In this document: one piece after another, positions 21,521 to 36,000 of the stretch
Numbering within the stretch: position 1 is the stretch's first letter
Layout of the letters: each line of letters starts with the position of its first letter
Assembly (NCBI GenBank): GCA_009914755.4
Contig: CP086569.2
Coordinates: 11,488,001-11,552,000 of the forward strand
DNA from: the human T2T-CHM13v2.0 reference genome, Homo sapiens
Direction: 5' to 3'
Length of the DNA: 64,000 bases
Position numbers and translations under genes: made by a program
Notes under the pieces: generated by a model
Database searches by the model: none
What the model saw: the letters and a program-made list of their open reading frames with translations, nothing else
Told to the model about the DNA's origin: nothing

Positions 21521-22096
21521 TTGGAGGATCTCTCTTGAGGAACGTAAAGAGAGTGCAGAGAAAGCATGTCCCGCAGTTGTTATTTTTCAAATATTTTCAG
21601 TTCGATGTAATCAGTACACCAAAGCAATCCATTCAGGACTGACATTTCCTGAACACCTTCAGAACTCTTTTTATCCCATGTTATTTCTATGAGATCACGT
21701 GATTTAAGAATAACTTTTACTTGCCACTTACATATATATTGAAAAGGCAAACTTTCCTTTCATAATTTGCTAATTTTGGCAAAGTACTTTAACAAAAGTT
21801 AAATTAAGTGAGTAAGTGAAATTTTCTGTTCTATTGTTTTGAAAACAATTCTAGAAACAGTCCTTGTAAGAACAGCAAAAAGAAAAAGATAATTCTCAAC
21901 TGCAGCTTCAACCATTCTTTGCGTAACAATGTATCTAATTAAAAGGCAAAACTCTCTATTTCAGGTTTATATATATCAATTGCTTGATTAGAACGTAAAT
22001 TATTTACCCCACATAATCTGGTGTCAAAAAACTTATAATAAAATTACTTTGATTTTATTGCTTATAAGTTTGTGAATTTAAATCTCAACTGACAAT

Positions 22097-22262
22097 GATG
22101 AATTTATTTGCTTTGTGCTGACAAGACAGTATGTTGAAGTTTTGTTTTCCAAGTTAGTTCTAAATCTGCAGAGTATCAAAATCTCCTCATTGTGCTTTGG
22201 ATGTTATGGTACATAAATGGTATCTTCACAAAGATATATTCATTCTGGTACTGAAAGTGCAT
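22097..22262. repeat. Copy B of the ~160-bp direct repeat pair
   Basis: See copy A. Same orientation, about 750 bp downstream. Confidence 0.85.
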
Positions 22263-23644
22263 ACTTCAAATTCTTCATGAACAGTTTTATTGAAAAAATA
22301 TGTAGACAAGCCATTAATTATACACAGTGATCTGGAACAAATTCTTACAAGAAGCATAGCGTGTCTTCCATTAACTGTATACAATTTATAAAAAGTTACT
22401 GAAAGCCTTCCTGAGGTTAAACAATAAATCTTTTAAATTTAACCACTGTGCTCCCTCAAAGGTAATTTTTTCTTTATGACACTCACTTAGGGGATACAGT
22501 CAGATCTCAGCCTACTTTAAACAACTAGGCAGTATTTTTAGTGCACTTTTCTGTTTGTTAAAAAGCTAGTTGTCAAGAATAAGTTGCTCAATTATCTTCC
22601 TCAATTACTTTTTATTTTGTTTTATAATTATTATTCTATTTTGGTTTTCCTTTAGAATTGTGGACTACCTTGAATCAGAAATTGCAGAGAATATATCAAT
22701 ATGTAAGAATGCACTCTTCAATCAAACTAGATCTCGAAAGTGTTTTGTTGTAGTTTATACCTTGAATTCAAAGGCCATTCTATACAAGGCACTTGAATAA
22801 TTTTCAAGCTCTTATATTTCATAATAGTACAGAATTTATTGTTCTTGTATTTGCAAGGAGATAGACCAGATAAAATATCACTTTATTTTTTACAGTGTTG
22901 ACTTTGATATTCTAAACTTGTCAGTTTATACAGATCAATGAAGACTCTGTACATGTAAAATTCACTATAATTTTTTTCTGGTATGACAGTCCAAACAAAT
23001 AGTAACTACATACCCAAACAGGTAAAGTAAAAATATACAATAGCTTGACAAAAAAAAAAAAAAAGAAGAAAAAAGAAACCCCTATACATTCCTTAACATT
23101 CTAAAACTCTGAGGACCAAATTGAATTCAAAAGAAACATTTCTGGTGGGCACAGAAAGGGCTAAAAAGCTAAAGTATATAATAAGTAAATTCCTCATTGC
23201 TATAAAATATATGACCAGCATGACATTTCAATACATGTTCAAGTTTTCTGAAAAAAGTTCTAGGATAATAGGATTTCAACTTTTGATTCTACAGATATCA
23301 TTCTTGTGATTGGTATGGTAGGATCATCCTCTTCATGTATTAGTGGATTCAAATGAAAAAAAAATCAGGCAGCTAGTTCCTTTCCAAGAAGCCTTAGAGA
23401 TTGTTGTACATAAAAATGTGAGCCATATTTCTGATTCAAATTTTAATTAGAGAATTCTCTTTATTCCCTCTTCTGCATAAAATTATGCACTTGCACTCTG
23501 CTCTCCAGACAAGTAAAACTTCTTACCTGCTATAATTTGAGATAATCAAGACTCAGAACATATTACCTCCTAGCTGAAAGTCCCAACAAACTTCTCAGGA
23601 CAAAAACAACAAAAAGTTAAATACACAGAGATAGAGTATAAAAC

Positions 23645-23865
23645 AGTGGTTACCAGGGGCTGGGGGTGAGAAGAGAAAATGGAGATAGAGAATTCGAAGG
23701 ATGCAAAGTTGCAGATATGTAGAATTAATAAATTGAGGTATCTAATGTACAACATGAGGACTGTAAGTATTAATATTTATTGTATATGGCATTTAACTGA
23801 AAGGGTAGTTTGTAGGTACTCTTTCCTCACACACATATCCAAAAGAAAGGTAACTGAGATTTTCA
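23645..23865 (+). mobile_element. Probable fragment of the 3' end of an old L1 (L1M/L1PB-type)
   Basis: The motif gtggttaccaggggctgggggtgaga…ggagat…tctaatgtacaacatgaggactgtaagtattaata…tattgtata resembles the conserved 3'-terminal region of older L1 subfamilies. Judged from memory of consensus only. Confidence 0.4.
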
Positions 23866-24204
23866 AAGGGAATGCTTCCAGGTTTTGCCCATTCAGTATG
23901 ATATTGGCTGTGGGTTTGTCATAAATAGCTCTTAATATTTCGAGATACATCCCATCAATATCTAATTAATTGAGAGTTTTTAGCATGAAGGTTGTTGAAT
24001 TTTGTCAAAGGGCTTTGCTGCATCTATTGAGATAATCGTGGTTTTTGACGTTGGTTCTGTTTATATGATGGATTACATTTATTGATTTGCATATGTTGTA
24101 CCAGCCTTGCATCCCAGGGATGCAGCCCATTTGATCATGGTGGATAAGCTTTTTGATTTGCTGCTGGATTTGGTTTGCTAGTATTTTATTGGGGATTTTT
24201 GCAC
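23866..24204 (-). mobile_element. L1 ORF2 internal fragment (~340 bp) directly abutting the satellite array
   Basis: ggaatgcttccaggttttgcccattcagtatgatattggctgtgggtttgtcataaatagctcttaatatttcgagatacatcccatcaat…ccagccttgcatcccagggatgcagcccatttgatcatggtggataagctttttgatttgctgctggatttggtttgctagtattttattggggatttttgcac. This is ~90% identical to the equivalent segment of the full-length L1 at 3400-3790. Track ORF 24005..24274(-) has an L1 ORF2-like N-terminus. Confidence 0.9.
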
Positions 24205-27200
24205 TCCACTCCACTCCATTCCATTCCATTCCATTCCATTCCATTCCATTCCATTCCATTCCATTCCATTCCATTCCATCTCATTTCATTCCACTCCCTT
24301 CCACTCTACTCCACTCCATTCCACTTTACTCCAGTCCACTACACTCCATTCCATTCCATTCCATTCCATTTCATTCCAATCCATTCTATTCCATTCTTTT
24401 ATTTCGTCAGGAACTCACTCTGTCACCAGGCTGTAGTGAAGTGGCACAATCTCAGCCCACATTTCATGTCACCGTGCCATTCCATTCCATTCCATTCCAT
24501 TCCATTCCATTCCATTCCATTCCATTCCATTCCACTCCACACCACTCCATTCCACTCTACTCCACTCTACTGCATTCCTTTCCATTACATCCGATTCCAA
24601 TCCTCTTTATTCCACTCTACTCCACTACACTCAACTCCACTCCACCCCACTCAATTCCATTCCACTCTAATCCATTCCATTCCTTTCTTTCGATAGAATC
24701 TCACCTGTAACCCAGGATGGAGTGCAGTGGCACAATCTCAGCTCACATTTCATTTCACCATTCTATTACTTTCTATTCCATTCCATTCCATTCCATTCCA
24801 TTCCATTCCATTCCATTCTACTCCATTCCTCTCCACTCCACTGCACTCCATTCCATTCGATTCCAATCCACTCAACTCCACTCCGCTACATTCCATCCCA
24901 TCCCATTCCATTCCACTCAATTTCACTCCACTCCATTCCATTCCACTCCATCCCATCCCATTCCACTACATTGCATTCCACTCCACTCCACTCCACTCCA
25001 CTCCACTCCACTGAATTCTACTCCATTCCATTCCATATCATTCCATTCTATTCCTTTCTGTCGACAGGATCTCACTCTGTCACCCAGGATGGAGTGCAGT
25101 GTCATAATCTCAGCTATCATTTCATTTCACGATTACATTCCATTCCATGGCATTCCATTCCATTCCATCTTTTCCGATTACACTACATTCCACTCCATTC
25201 CTCTCCTCTCCGTTCCATTCCATTCCATTGCATTCCATTGTATTCCATTCCATTGCAATGCATTCAATTCCATTCCATCCCATTCCGTTCCACTCCTGCG
25301 AGCTCCACTCCACTCCACTCCACTGCATTCCATTCCATTCCATTCCATACCATAACATTCCATTCAACTCCACTCCACACCACTCCCCTGCATTCCATTC
25401 CCTTCCATTCCATTCCATTTCACTCCATTGCATTCCATTCCTTTCTTTTGACAGGATATCACTGTGTCACCGAGGCTGGAGTACAGTGGCACAATCTCAG
25501 CTCACATTACATGTCAACTTTCCATTGCATTGCATACTATTCCATTGCATTCCGTTCAATTCCATTCCATTTAATTCAATTCCATTCCATCCCACTCCGT
25601 TCTACTCCACTCCACTGCATTCCACTACATTCGATTCCATTCCACTCCATTCCACTCCTATTCACTCTACTGCGCTCCACTCCATTCCACTCCATCCACT
25701 CCATCCCATTCCATTCCGCTCAATTCCACTGCTCTCCACTCCACCCCACTCCACTCCACTTCATTCCATTCCATTCCATCCCATTCCGTTCCGCTCCTTT
25801 CTATTTCAATCCACTTCATTCCAGTCCACACCAATCCAGTCGACTCCATTCCATTCCATTCCATTGCATTCCATTCTACTCCACTCCACTCCACCGAATT
25901 CCACTCCACTCCACTCTACTCCATTCCACTCCACTCCATTCCACTCCACTGCATTCCATTCCACTCCACTCCACTCCATTCCAGTCCATTCCACTCCACT
26001 AAACTCCACTCCCCCCTATCCCATTCCACTCCTTTCTTTCTACAGTATCTCTCTCTGTCACGCAGGCTGTAGTGCAGTGGCACAATCTCAGCACCCATTC
26101 CGTTCCGTTCCGTTCCATTCCGTTCCATTCCAGTTCGTTCCACTTCACTCCACTCCAGTGTACTACATTCTATTACATCTGATTCCATTCCACTACATTG
26201 CACTTTTCTCCACTTCACTGAAATCCACTCCACTCTATTCCATTCCATTCCTTTCCACTCCTCTCCACTTTGCTCCACTCCACTTAATTGCATTCCATTC
26301 CATTCCATTCCATTCCATTCCATTCCATTCCATTCCATTCCATTCCATTCCTCTCCACTCCACTCCACTCCATTCCATTCCACTCCATTCCACTCCACTC
26401 CACTCCACTCCTCTCCACCCCATTCCACTCTACTCCACACCACTCCACTCCGTTCCACTCCACTCCACTGCATTCCATTCCATTCCACTCCATTCCATTC
26501 CACTACAGTCCATTCCAGTCCACTTCATTCCATTCCACTCCACTCCAGTCCACTCCACTCCATTCCACTCCACTCCACTCTGCTCCAACCCATTGCACGA
26601 CTATCTTTCGACAGGATCTACCTCTGTCACACAGGCTGTAGTGCAGTAGCACAATCTCAGCACCTGTTAAATTCCTTTTCATTCCATTCCACTGCATTCC
26701 ATTCCAATGAGTTCCACTGCACTTCACTCCACTGCACTCCACTCCATTCCACTCCACTCCACTCCATTCCGTTCCACTCTACTCCACTCCACTACATTTC
26801 ATTCCATCACATTCCGTTCCACTCCACTTTACTCTATTCCGTTACATTGAAATCCATTCCATTCCAATATTTTCTTTCGACAGGATCTCACTCGGTCACC
26901 CAGGCTGGAGTGCAGTGCCACAATGTCAGCTCACATTTCATTTCCCCATTCCCTTCCCTTCCATTGCATTCCCTTCCTTTCCCTTCCATTCCATTCCATT
27001 CCCTTCCATTCCATTCCACTCCACTCCACTCCATTCTTTTCCATTCCACTACACTCCATTCCATTCCAATATTTTCTTTCAACAGGATCTCACTCTGTCA
27101 CCCAAAATGGAGTGCAATTACAAAATCCCAGCTCACATTTCATGTCACCATTCCATTCCATTCCACTCCCCTAAATTCCATTCCACTCCACTCCACTCAA

Positions 27201-30000
27201 CTCCACTCCACGCCACTCCACTCCACTCCACGCCACTCCAGTCATTCCATTCTACTACATTCCATTCCATTCCTTTATTTCAAAATGGATCTCTCTCTGT
27301 CACCCAGACTGGAGTGCAGTGGCACAATCTTAGCTCACATTTAATTTCTCCATTCCATTCCATTCCATTCCATTCCATTCCATTCCATTCCATTCCATTC
27401 CATTCCATTCAACCCCATTCTATTCCATTCTATTCCATTCCACCCCATTCCATTCCATTCCCTTCTTTCGATGGGATATCACTGTGTCAAAAATGGCTGG
27501 AATACAGGGGCAAAATCTCAGCTCACATTTCATTTCACCATTCCATTTTTTCTTTCCTTTCCATTCCATTCCATCCCACTACACTCAATTCCACTCCACT
27601 CCCCTCCCCTCCCCCATTCCATTCCATTCCATCCCATTCCATTTCACTCCATTTCTCTCCACTCCACTCCCGTCCACTCCACTCCCCTCCACTCCATTCC
27701 TTCCACTCCATCCCATTCCATTCCATTCCATTCTATTCCACTCCACTCCACTCCACTCCACTCCACCCCATCCCATCCCATTCTATTCCATTCCATTCCA
27801 TTCCATTCCATTCCATTCCATTCCATTCCACTCCATTGCATTCCATTCCTCTCTTTCGAGAGGATCTCACTCTGTCACCCAGGCTGGAGTGCAGTGGCAG
27901 TATCTCAGCTCACATTTCAATTCACCATTCCATTCCATTGCATTCCATTCCATTCCATTGCATTCCATTGCATTTAATTCCATTGCATTCCATTCCATTG
28001 CAATGCATTCAATTCTATTCCATCCCATTTCATTCCACTCCTGCGAACTCCACTCAACTCCACTCCACTCCATTCCATTCCATTCTATTCCATTCCATTC
28101 CATTCCATTCCATTCCATTCCATTCCATTCCATTCCTTACCATACCATACCGTTCCATTACACTCCACTCCACTCCACTTCACTCCACTCCATCCCATTC
28201 CATCCCATTCCATTCCACTCCATTCCAATATAATGCACTCCACTCCGCTCCATTCCATTCCATTCCATTCCACACCTGTCCATTCCATTCCTTTCTTTTG
28301 ACAATATTTCACTCTGTCACACTGGCTGGAGTGTAGTGTTACAATCTCAACTCATATTTCATTTCATCATTCCATTCTATTCCGTTACATTCCTTTCCAT
28401 TCTATTCATTTCCATTCCACTATATTCCATTCCACTCCACTCCACTTGGCTCCACTTCATTCAATTTCATTCCGTTCCACTCCACTCTACTCCACTCCTC
28501 TCCACTCCACTACATTCAATTCCATCCAATTCCATACCACTCCACTCCCCTCCATTTCATTCCATTCGATTCCATCCCATTCCATTCCATTCTACTCCAC
28601 TCCCATCCACTCCTATCCACTCCCTTCCATTCCATTCCTCTCCACTCCATTCCATTCCACTTCACTCCTATCCACTCCACTACATTCCAATCCATTCCAC
28701 TCCAATCCATTCCATTCCTTACATTCCACACTATGTCACTCTGTTACCCATTCTGGAATACAGTGGCATAATCTCAGCTTACATTTCATTTCGCTAATCC
28801 ATTCCATTCCATTCCACTCTATTCCACTGCACTCCACTCCACTCCTTTCATTCCATTCCATTCCACTCGACTCCATTCCACTCTCTGCCACTCCATTCCA
28901 CAGCACTCCATTCCATTACAGTCCATCCCATTCCATTCCACTCCACACCACTCCACTCCACACCACTCCACTCCAATCCATTCCATTCCATTTCTTTCTT
29001 TCAACAGCATCTCACTCTGTCACCCAGGCTGGCGTGCAGTGGCACAAATTCAGCTCACATTTCATTTCACCATTCCATTCCATTCTATTCCATTGCATTC
29101 CATTCCTTTGCATTCCATTCCATTGCATTCCATTCCATTCTATTCTGCTCCATTCTATTCCACTCGACTCTATTCCACTCTCCGCCACTCCAGTCCACTC
29201 CACTCCACTCGATGGCATTCCATTCCATCCCATTTAATTCCACTACAATCCACTCTACTCCTCTCCAATCAACTCCACTACACCATAATCCATTCCATTC
29301 CATTCCATCACATTCCATTCCACTCCATTCCACTCTACTTCATTCCACTCCACCACATTCCATTCAACTCCACTCCACTCCAGTCCATTCCACTCCACTC
29401 CACTCCATTCCACTCCGTTTCACTCAACTCCAATCCACTCCACTGCTTCCGATTACAATTCTTTCTTTTGACAGGATCTCCCTCTGTCCCACAGGTTTTT
29501 ATGCAGTGGCACAATCTCATCACCCATTCCAGTCCATTCCATTCCATTCCATTTCATTCACCTCAAATCCACTCCAGTCCACTCCACTCCCTTCCACTCC
29601 ACTGCATGCCACTCCGTTCCATTCCATTCCACTCCACACCACTCCACTGCTCTCCAATCCACTCCAATCCATTCCACTCCAGTCCATTCCAATCCATTCC
29701 ACTCTACGCCATAACATTAAGCTCCACTCCACTCCATTCCATTCCACCACACTCCACCCCATTCCATTCCACTTGATTCCATTCCACTGCACTCCATTCC
29801 ACCCCCATCCACTCCATTCCAGTCCACTCCACTCAACTCCATTCCATTCCACACCAATCCGTTCCACTCCATTTCACTCCACTCCACTCCACTGCAATCC
29901 ACTCCACTCCATCCCAGTCCACTCCTTTCTTTCCAGAGGATCTCCCTCTGTCACACAGTCTGTAGCACAGTGACACGATCTCACCACCGATTCCATTCCA
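24205..30000 (+). repeat. Diverged (ATTCC)n / (GGAAT)n classical satellite (HSat3-like subfamily) with 16 embedded antisense Alu-derived ~60-bp segments
   Basis: Near-continuous ccattccattccactccactcc pentamer derivatives. The fragment ..gacaggatctcactctgtcacccaggctggagtgcagtggcacaatctcagctcacatttcatttcacc recurs at ~24405, 24688, 25058, 25445, 26036, 26613, 26875, 27080, 27283, 27465, 27853, 28296, 28728, 28994, 29462 and 29928. Confidence 0.92.
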
Positions 30001-33000
30001 TTCCATTCCATTCCATTCCATTCCATTCCATTCCATTCCATTCCATTCCATTCCATTCAAATACACTCCTTGCCACTACATTCCTTTGCATCCGATTCCA
30101 TTCGAATCCATTCCACTCCACTCCACTCCATTCAATTCCACTCCACTCCACTCCATTTCATTCCACTTGAGTCCATCCACTCCTCTTCACTCTATTCCAC
30201 TCCACGCCACTGCATTCCACTCCACACCACTGCATTCCACTCCACTCCACTCCATTCCATTCCACTCCACTCCATTCCATTCCATTCCAGTCCAGACCAT
30301 TCCACTCCATTCCACTAAATTCCACCCCACTTTATGCCATTCCATTCCACTGCAATCCATTGCACTCCTCTCCACTACTCTCCACTCCTCTGCACTCCAT
30401 TCCACTCCATTCCACTCCACTTCTTTCAACTCCACTCATCTCCATTCCAATTCATTCCATTCCATTCCACTGCACTACATTCCACTGAATTCCACTCCAC
30501 TCCACTCCTCCTTTTCATTCCATTCCATTCCATTGCATTCCATTCCATTCCATTCCATTCCATTCCATTCCATTCCATTCCATTCCATTCCGCTCAGGTT
30601 GATTCAATTGCATTCTATTGCATTCTATTCTATTGCATTCAATTCCATTCCATTGCATTGCATTCCCCTCCCATTCATTCAATTAGAGTCTATTCCATTC
30701 CATTCCTTTCCATTCCATTCCATTCCAATGTGGTTGATTCAATTCCACTCTCTTCCATTCCATTCCATTTCATTCCATTCCATTCCATTCCATTCCATTC
30801 CATTCCATTCCATTCCATTCCATTCCATTCCACTCGGGTTCACTCAATTCCATTCTATTCCAATCCATTCCATTCCATTCCATTCCATTCCATTCCATTC
30901 CATTCCATTCCATTCCATTCCATTCAGTTTGATTCCATTTCATTCCATTCCTTTCCTTTCCATTGCATTCCATTCCATTCCATTCCATTCCATTCCATTC
31001 CATTCCATTCCATTCCATTCCATTCCATTCCATTCCACTCGGGTTGATTCCATTCCTTTCCTATCCATTCTATTTCATGCCATTCCACTCGGGTTGATTC
31101 AATTCCATTGTATTCCATTCCATTCCATTCCATTCCATTCCATTCCATTCCATTCCATTCCATTCCATTCCACTCGGTTTCATTCAATTCCTTTCCATTT
31201 GTTCCATTCAATTCTGTTCAATTCAATTCCATTCCATTCCTTTCCACTCGGAGTGATTCAATTCCATTCTATTCCTTTTAATTCCATTCCATTCCATTCC
31301 ATTCCATTCCATTCCATTCCATTCCATTCCATTCCATTCCATTCCATTCTATTCCATTCCATTCCATTCCATTCCTTTCCACTCTGGTTTATTCAATTCC
31401 ATTCTATGAAATTCCATTCCATTCCATTCCATTATATTCCATTTCCTTCCATTCCAATCCATACCACTATTGTTGATTCAATTCCATTCTATTCCATTCC
31501 ATTCCACTCCATTCCATTCCATTCCATTCCATTCCATTCCATTCCATTCCATTCCATTCCATTCCAATCCATTCCATTCCATTCCACTCCACTTGTTGAT
31601 TCAATTCCATTCTTTTCCATTCCATTGAATTCCATTAAATTGCATTCCACTCCATTGCATTCCATTCCACTCCACTCGGGTAGATTCAATTCCATTGCAT
31701 TCCATTGCATTGCATTCCATTCCTTTCCATTCCATTCCATTCCATTCTATTCCATTCCATTCTACTCTTTTTCCTTTCCATTCCTTTCCATAGCATTCCA
31801 TTCCATTCCATTCTATTCCATTCCATTCTATTCCACTTGTGTTGATTCAAATCCATTCCATTCCATGGCAATCCATTCCATTCCATTCCTTTCCTTTCCA
31901 TTCCATTCCATTCCATTCCATTCCATTCCATTCCATTCCATTCCATTCCATTCCGCTCGAGGTGATTCAATTAAATTCTTTTCCATTCTATTCTATTCCG
32001 TTCAATTCCATTCCATTGCATTCCATTCCCCTCCCGTTCATTCAAGTAGAGTCCATTCCATTCCATTCCATTCCATTCCACTGTGGTTGATTCAATTCCA
32101 CTCTATTCCATTCCATTGCATTCCATTCCAATCGGTGTGATTGAATTCCACTCTATTCCATTCCTTTCCCTTCCATTCAATTTCATGCGATTACACTCGG
32201 GTTGATTCCATTCCATTCCATTCCATTCCTTTCCATTCCATTCCGTTCCGTTCCATTCCATTCCACTCGGTTTCATTCAATTCCTTTCTATTTCTTTCCA
32301 TTCCATTCTGTTCAATTCCATTCCATTCCATTCCTTTCCACTCTGGTTTATTCAATTCTATTCTATGAAATTCCATTCCATTCCTTTCCATTATATTCCA
32401 TTATATTCCATTTCTTTCCATTCCATTCCATTCCACTCTTGTTGAATAAATTGCACTCTATTCCATTCCATTCTACTCCATTCCGTTCCATTCCATTCCA
32501 TTCTATTCCATTCTATTCCATTCCATTCCATTCCATTCCATTCCATTCTATTCTATTCCATTCCATTCCATTCCATTCCACTCCACTTGTTGATTCAATT
32601 CCTTTCTTTTCCATGTCATTGAATTCCATTAAATTGCATTCCATTCCTTTGCATTCCATTGCGTTCCATTCCACTCCACTCGGGTAGATTCACTTCCATT
32701 GTATTCCATTCCATTCCATTCCATTGCATTCCATTCCATTCCATTCCATTCCATTCCATTCCATTCCATTCCATTCCACCCTGTTTGTTTCCTTTCCATT
32801 CCATTCCATTCCATTCCATTCCATTCCATTCCACTCCACTCTGTTGCATTCCATTCCATTTCACTCAGGTTGTTTCAATTCTATTCTATTCCATTTCATT
32901 CCTTTCCATTCCATTCCATTCCATTCCACTCGTGTTGATTTAATTCCATTAAATTGCATTTCATTCCATTTTATTCCCTTCCATTCCATTCTATTCCAAT

Positions 33001-36000
33001 CCCTTCCATTCACTGGGGATGATTCAATTCCATTCTTTTCCATTCCATTCCGTTCCATTCCGTTCCATTCCACTCCATTCCATTCCGTTCCATTCCATTC
33101 CATTCCATTCCACTCCATTCCATTCCATTCTACTCCACTCGGGTTGATTCAATTCCATTACATTCCATGGCATTCCATTCCATTCCATTCCGTTCCAATC
33201 CATTCCACTCTGGTTGATTCAATTCCACTCTATTCCATTCCATTCCATTCCATTCCATTCCATTCCATTCCACTCCATTCCATTCCATTCTACTCCACTC
33301 GGGTTGATTCAATTCCATTACATTCCATGGCATTCCATTCCATTCCATTCCGTTCCAATCCATTCCACTCTGGTTGATTCAATGCCACTCTATTCCATTC
33401 CATTCCATTCCATTCCATTCCATTCCATTCCATTCCATTCCACTCAAGTTGATTCAAGTCCATTCTATTCCATTCCATTCCGTTCCATTCCATTCCATTC
33501 CATTCCATTCCATTCCATTCCATTCCACTGGGTTTGAGTCAATACCATTCTATTCCATTCAATTTCATTCCATTCCATTCCATTCCATTCCATTCCATTC
33601 CATTCCATTCCATTCCACTCCACTCAAGTTGATTCAAGTCCATTCTATTCCATTCCATTCCATTACATTTCATTACATTCGTGTTGATTCCATTCCATTC
33701 CATTCCATTCCATTCCATTCCATTCCATTCCATTCCATTCCATTCCATTCCATTCCATTCTATTCCATTCCTATCCATTCCATTCCATTCCCTTCCATTC
33801 CATAACCCTCGGGTTGATTCAATTCCATGCTACTCCATTGCATTCCACCCCAATCCATTCCATTCCATTCCAAAATCCTCGGGTTGATTCAATTCCATTC
33901 TATTCCATTGCATTGCATTCCATTCCATTCCATTCCTTTCACTTCCATTCCACTCGGGTTGATTCAAATCCGTTCTATTCCATTCCATTCCATTCCATTC
34001 CATTCCATTCCATTCCATTCCATCCCATTCCATCCCTTTCCATTCCATTCCCTTCCACTCGGTTGATTCCATTCCATTCCATTTCATACCATTCCACTCC
34101 ACTGCATTCCATTCCATTCCATTCCATTCCACTCAGTTGATTCCATTCCTCTCCTTTCCATTCCTTGTCAGTTCATTCAATTCCATGACATTCAATTCCA
34201 CTCGGGTTGATTCCATTCCATTGCATTCTATTCCTTTCCATTCCATTTCATTACATTCTGTTGCATTCCACTCCTGTTGATTCCATTCCATTCCATTCCA
34301 TTCCATTCCATTCTATTCCATTCCATTCCATTCCACTTGGGTTGATTCCATTCAATTCCATTCCATTCCCGTCCTTTCCATTCCCCTTGGGTTGATTACA
34401 TTCCCTTCCATTCCATTCAATTCCCCTCGGGTTGTTTCCATTCCATTCCGTTCCATTCCATTGCATTCCATTTTATTCCTTTCCACTCGGATTGACTCTA
34501 TTACATTCCATTCCATTCTATTCCATTCCATTCCATTCCATTCCATTCCATTCCATTGCCTTCCATTCCACATAGTTTGATTCAATTACATTCTATATCA
34601 TTGCTTTCCATTCCATTCCATTTCACTCCACTCCACTCTCATCCATTCCATGCCATTCCTGTTGATTCCGTTCCATTTAATGCCATTCCATTTAATTCCA
34701 TTCTATTCCATACCATTCCACTCCGGTTGATTCCATTCCATTCCATTCCTTTCCATTCCATTCAATTCCACTCGGGTTCAATACATTCCATTCCATTCCA
34801 TTCTTTTCCTTTCCATTCCATTCCATTCAAATCGTGTTGATTCCATTCCATTCCATTCCCTTCCATTCCGTTCAATTCCATTCCTCTCGGGTTTATTTCA
34901 TTCCATAGAATTCATCTCAATTAAATTCCATTCCATTCCATTCCATTCCATTGCACGCGGGTTGATTCCGTTTCATTCCTTTCGATTTGATTCCATTCTA
35001 TTCCCCTCGTTTTGATTCCATTACATTCTATTCCATTCCATTCCATTCCATTCCATTCCATTCCATTCCATTCCATTCCATTCCACTCGAATTGTTTCCA
35101 TTCCTTTCGATTCCATTCCATTTCATTCCATTCCATTCCATTCCATTGCATTCCATTCCATTCCATACCATTCTATGCCAATTGGTTTGATGCCATCCGA
35201 TTCCATTCCATTCCATTCTATTCCATTCCATTCCATTCCATTCCATTCCTTTCTTTTCCACTCGGGTTTACTCTATTCCATTTCATTACATTCCATTACA
35301 TTAAATTCCATTCCATTCCATTCCTCTCGGTTGATTCCACTCCATTCCAATCCATTCCATTCCAATCCATTCCAATCCATTCCACTCCATTCCACTAGTG
35401 TTGATTCCATTCCATTCCATTCCATTCCATTCCATTCCATTCCATTCCATTCCATTCCATTCCACTCGGATTGATTCCATTCCATTCCATTCCTTTCCAT
35501 TCCATTCCACTCTTGTTGATGCCATCCAATTCCATTACATTACATTACATTCCCTTCCATTCCATTCCATTCTAGTAAATTCCGGTTTATTCCATTCCAT
35601 TCCATTCCATTCCATTCCATTCCATTCAATTCAATTCCACTCCACTCCACTCCACTCCACTCCGTTCCGTTCCGTTCCGTTCCGTTCCGTTCCGTTCCAT
35701 TCCATTCCATTCCATTCCATTCCACTGTGGTTAATTCCATTCCTTTCAATTCCATTCCATTGCATTCCATTCCATTCCATTCCATTCCATTCCATTCCAT
35801 TCCATTCCAGTAAATTCCGGTTTATTCCATTCCATTCCATTCCATTCCGTTCCATTCCATTCCATTCCATTCAATTCCACTGTGGTTGATTCCATTCCTT
35901 TCAATTCCATTCCTTTCCATTCCCTTCCTTTCCATTTCATTCCTCTCTTGTTGATTTTTTTCCATTCCATTCATCTCCATTAGTTTCCATTCCATTCCAT

